A stretch of DNA of 64,000 nt from Isurus oxyrinchus. Its lineage: Eukaryota. Position numbers and translations under genes: made by a program. Shown here piece by piece: positions 61,583-64,000 of the stretch; positions within the stretch are counted from its first letter, which is position 1, and every line of letters begins with the position of its first letter. The DNA lies in NCBI GenBank assembly GCA_026770705.1, contig JANJGN010000557.1:186001-250000 (forward strand), read 5' to 3'. The notes under the pieces are model-generated. The model was not told the DNA's origin. It made no database searches and saw only the letters and a list, made by a program, of their open reading frames with translations.

Positions 61583-61723
61583 CACTTCCTCATTTTGTCT
61601 CACAGTGACACATCAGCCCTTTCTAATTAAACACACAGAGGGAGCAGCACAGGAAGAGGTCATTCTGCCCAAGCAGAGCGGGTGGGCAGTTCCTCCCCAG
61701 GCAAGCAGTCGGACAGGTCCTGG
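61583..61723 (+). promoter_or_regulatory. Putative gene C promoter and non-coding first exon, with ETS/PU.1-type site
   Basis: CACTTCCTCATTTT, TTCTAATTAAA and donor TGG|gtaagta; inverted paralog of 53038-53180. Confidence 0.55.
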
Positions 61724-62173
61724 GTAAGTAACGGAACGATTGGAATTCACTTCCACCACCAACACCGTCCTTTGTTGATGTTGTGACTTTATAAAGACAG
61801 ATTCCAATGATTGATGCCTTTGAAAGATTTCTACTGATTATTGAGACCTGGGTGTGAGGCTCAAGTCTGTTGTACAGAACATCTTTCTAGCTCAAGGGAT
61901 GAGGGAAGAGCAGAGACATGAGCTTTGGGACATCTTGAGGTGGTGAAAGGTGCTATAGAAATGCAAACCCTTCATTGTTTTTCTTTGTTAAAGTCTTGTG
62001 ACTCTCTGCAGAGCACCTATCATCCCACAGATAATCAAATTAGTCTGAGAAAACATTGTCTAAAAGCAGTTCTGATCTCTCGAGAGCTGTCGGACAAGAG
62101 GTGAGGTCTCATTAACTCCTTTCTCTTTCACAGCTTGAGAGTCAGAAGTGGATGGAATATCTGGGAGTGGACA

Positions 62174-62213
62174 ATGATCGGGAAATATTACTTCCTCCTG
62201 TCACTTCTCCAAG
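62174..62213 (+). CDS. Gene C signal-peptide exon (rest of gene presumably beyond the window)
   Basis: MIGKYYFLLSLLQ G|gtaat; acceptor tttcacag at 62133. Confidence 0.82.
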
Positions 62214-64000
62214 GTAATATCATCGTCAGCTCAGACAGATTTATGGCTAATAGTCTTTGTAAAAGACCATTCTTATTGAGTGTGATTGGGAACCGATTCA
62301 GCAGTGAGCCAGTGTACAAACTGACACCAAGTCCCATTCACCCATCACCCCTGTGCTCACTGATATACACTGACTCCCTGTCTGACAGCAGAATTGGAGG
62401 AGAGCAGAGATCTCAGAGGGTTTTAGGGTTGGAGCAGGTTACAGGGATCGGGAGTGTAGAGGGGGGATGGTGGGGTAAGAAATCAATGATGATAATTTGA
62501 AATTTGAGTCATTGCTGGACTGGGAGCCAGTGTAGGTCAGCCAGTGACAGGGGAGCGATCGGCTGAATAGAGAAACAGGGATAAAAACTGGGGAATGAGG
62601 TCTATCCTGATGTTAGGACTCGGATAACAATGCCCTGAAATTTTGTGTCATTTGCTGATTTTAGTCAGGACTTCCCATGAAGACAACACAGCAGCTCCTA
62701 GAATAGACAGGCTGTTCAGTGTCACACTTCCTGTCCATTCTCACCTTGCTAGATACTTCAATAAGGGAGCAAGATAACTGAAAGAGAGAAGGAAGGTAAA
62801 GCTGTCTGTGTGTAAAACTGTCAAATATTCTGAGTTATCATGATTGTCTCTGACCTGCTGCAGAGTTTAAATTTCACAGAATCTGAGCACTTTGCAGCTC
62901 AGAGAGAGACCATTGACTCACTGCCTGAAAGGCCGGTGGAAGCAGATTCAACAGGAACTTTCAGAAGGGGAACTGGATAAATACTTGAAGGAGACATTTT
63001 GCAGGGCTGTGGAGGAGAGAGCAGAGGTGACAGTGGGACTTATTGGACAGATCTTTCAAAGGTCCAGCACAGGCTTGATGGGCCAAATGACTTCCTTCTC
63101 TTCCAGATCATTCTGCAATCTGATAAATTAAGCCCCACATCAATAACTCTTAAGGCTCCTGCTGCAGGGATGGAGCTTTGAGAAGGACAGAGAATAAGAG
63201 GTTTCTGGTATCATTTTCATATTGTACTGAATCTTGCTGCCAGAATGTTTGGCCACCGCTGATCACCATGTTGTGTTTTTATAATGATATAAAGGTACCA
63301 GCCACTGATACGGAATTGGGTAAATACATTGTGGGTTCAGTTATTTAGAACAGGGACATGAGAACAGATATACAAGGATAGAAAGCTGGGAGACACCTGC
63401 AGCCAAACTGTGTGAGCTGTGTTCTGCTCACAGACCAAAGTGAAACTTGAACTGGATGGTGTTATCATCCCAGCTGATGTTACTACTGGGCAAGTCAGAT
63501 CCCAGGGTGGAGCTCAGCTTGATAGGTCCTAACTTTTATTTTTTATTTAGGAATGTGGAGTGCGGCTACTGAACAGAGTCACAGGAGTCATCTGATGAAC
63601 TTCTAACAAAAGAATAAAACACTTATTAAACTAGGAAAGACAAACGATATGACATTACTCCTTCACCCAGACCTATACATTTACAGTTTCATAAGGATAA
63701 CACAATTACAATAACTAACTTATACTCTCATGTTCACACTAAGTACACAGTCGATGTAAAACAGTAGACGACCTGGGGTCAGGGACACCACATTCTGAAA
63801 CCAAGTGACAGAACCCACTTGGAACAAATGCTCCGGGTCCCTCCTCAACGGACTCTAGACGCTTGTTACACCGTGAGGCAACTGGTCTAACGAAACTGCT
63901 TCTTTCACATGAGAGTTTCCAATCTCTACTCACCAAGTGCTCTCTTTGGAATCTTCTCCAACATGACACTTTCACTCAGACACCTTCCACACGGGTCCAC

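Overview
This is eukaryotic, intron-rich vertebrate DNA. The repeats (CR1-type LINEs, tRNA-derived SINEs, Penelope elements, a 33-bp CAGTGCAGCACTCCCTCAGTACTGACCCTCCGA satellite) suggest a shark or other cartilaginous fish; that assignment is inference. The window is part of an expanding cluster of Siglec-like (sialic-acid-binding Ig-like lectin) genes. One apparently complete minus-strand gene (gene A, 52604->32423, about 1252 aa by my manual splicing, all junctions GT-AG and phase-compatible) has: leader, two V-set exons (both with the YFFR arginine), one C2 exon, eight near-identical Ig exons, TM, and a tail with ITIM (ILYANI) plus ITSM-like (TEYAQI) motifs. At the left end is a disrupted plus-strand paralog (gene B). 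Its C2 exon is nearly identical to gene A's, but its TM carries an Arg, the signature of an activating receptor. Its C2 and broken Ig exons are mirrored in a large palindrome. Gene C starts head-to-head with gene A at about 61.6-62.2 kb. Between A and C lie orphan cytoplasmic exons whose ITIM has been altered by compensating frameshifts. A divergent Siglec-like gene D (leader plus V) is truncated by a Gypsy fragment that abuts a UACA-like coiled-coil fragment. An inverted Penelope insertion with a 15-bp TSD and hammerhead-like motifs sits in a gene A intron. Overall this looks like a paired inhibitory/activating Siglec system undergoing birth-and-death evolution. No alignments or database searches were run; family assignments come from motif recognition.
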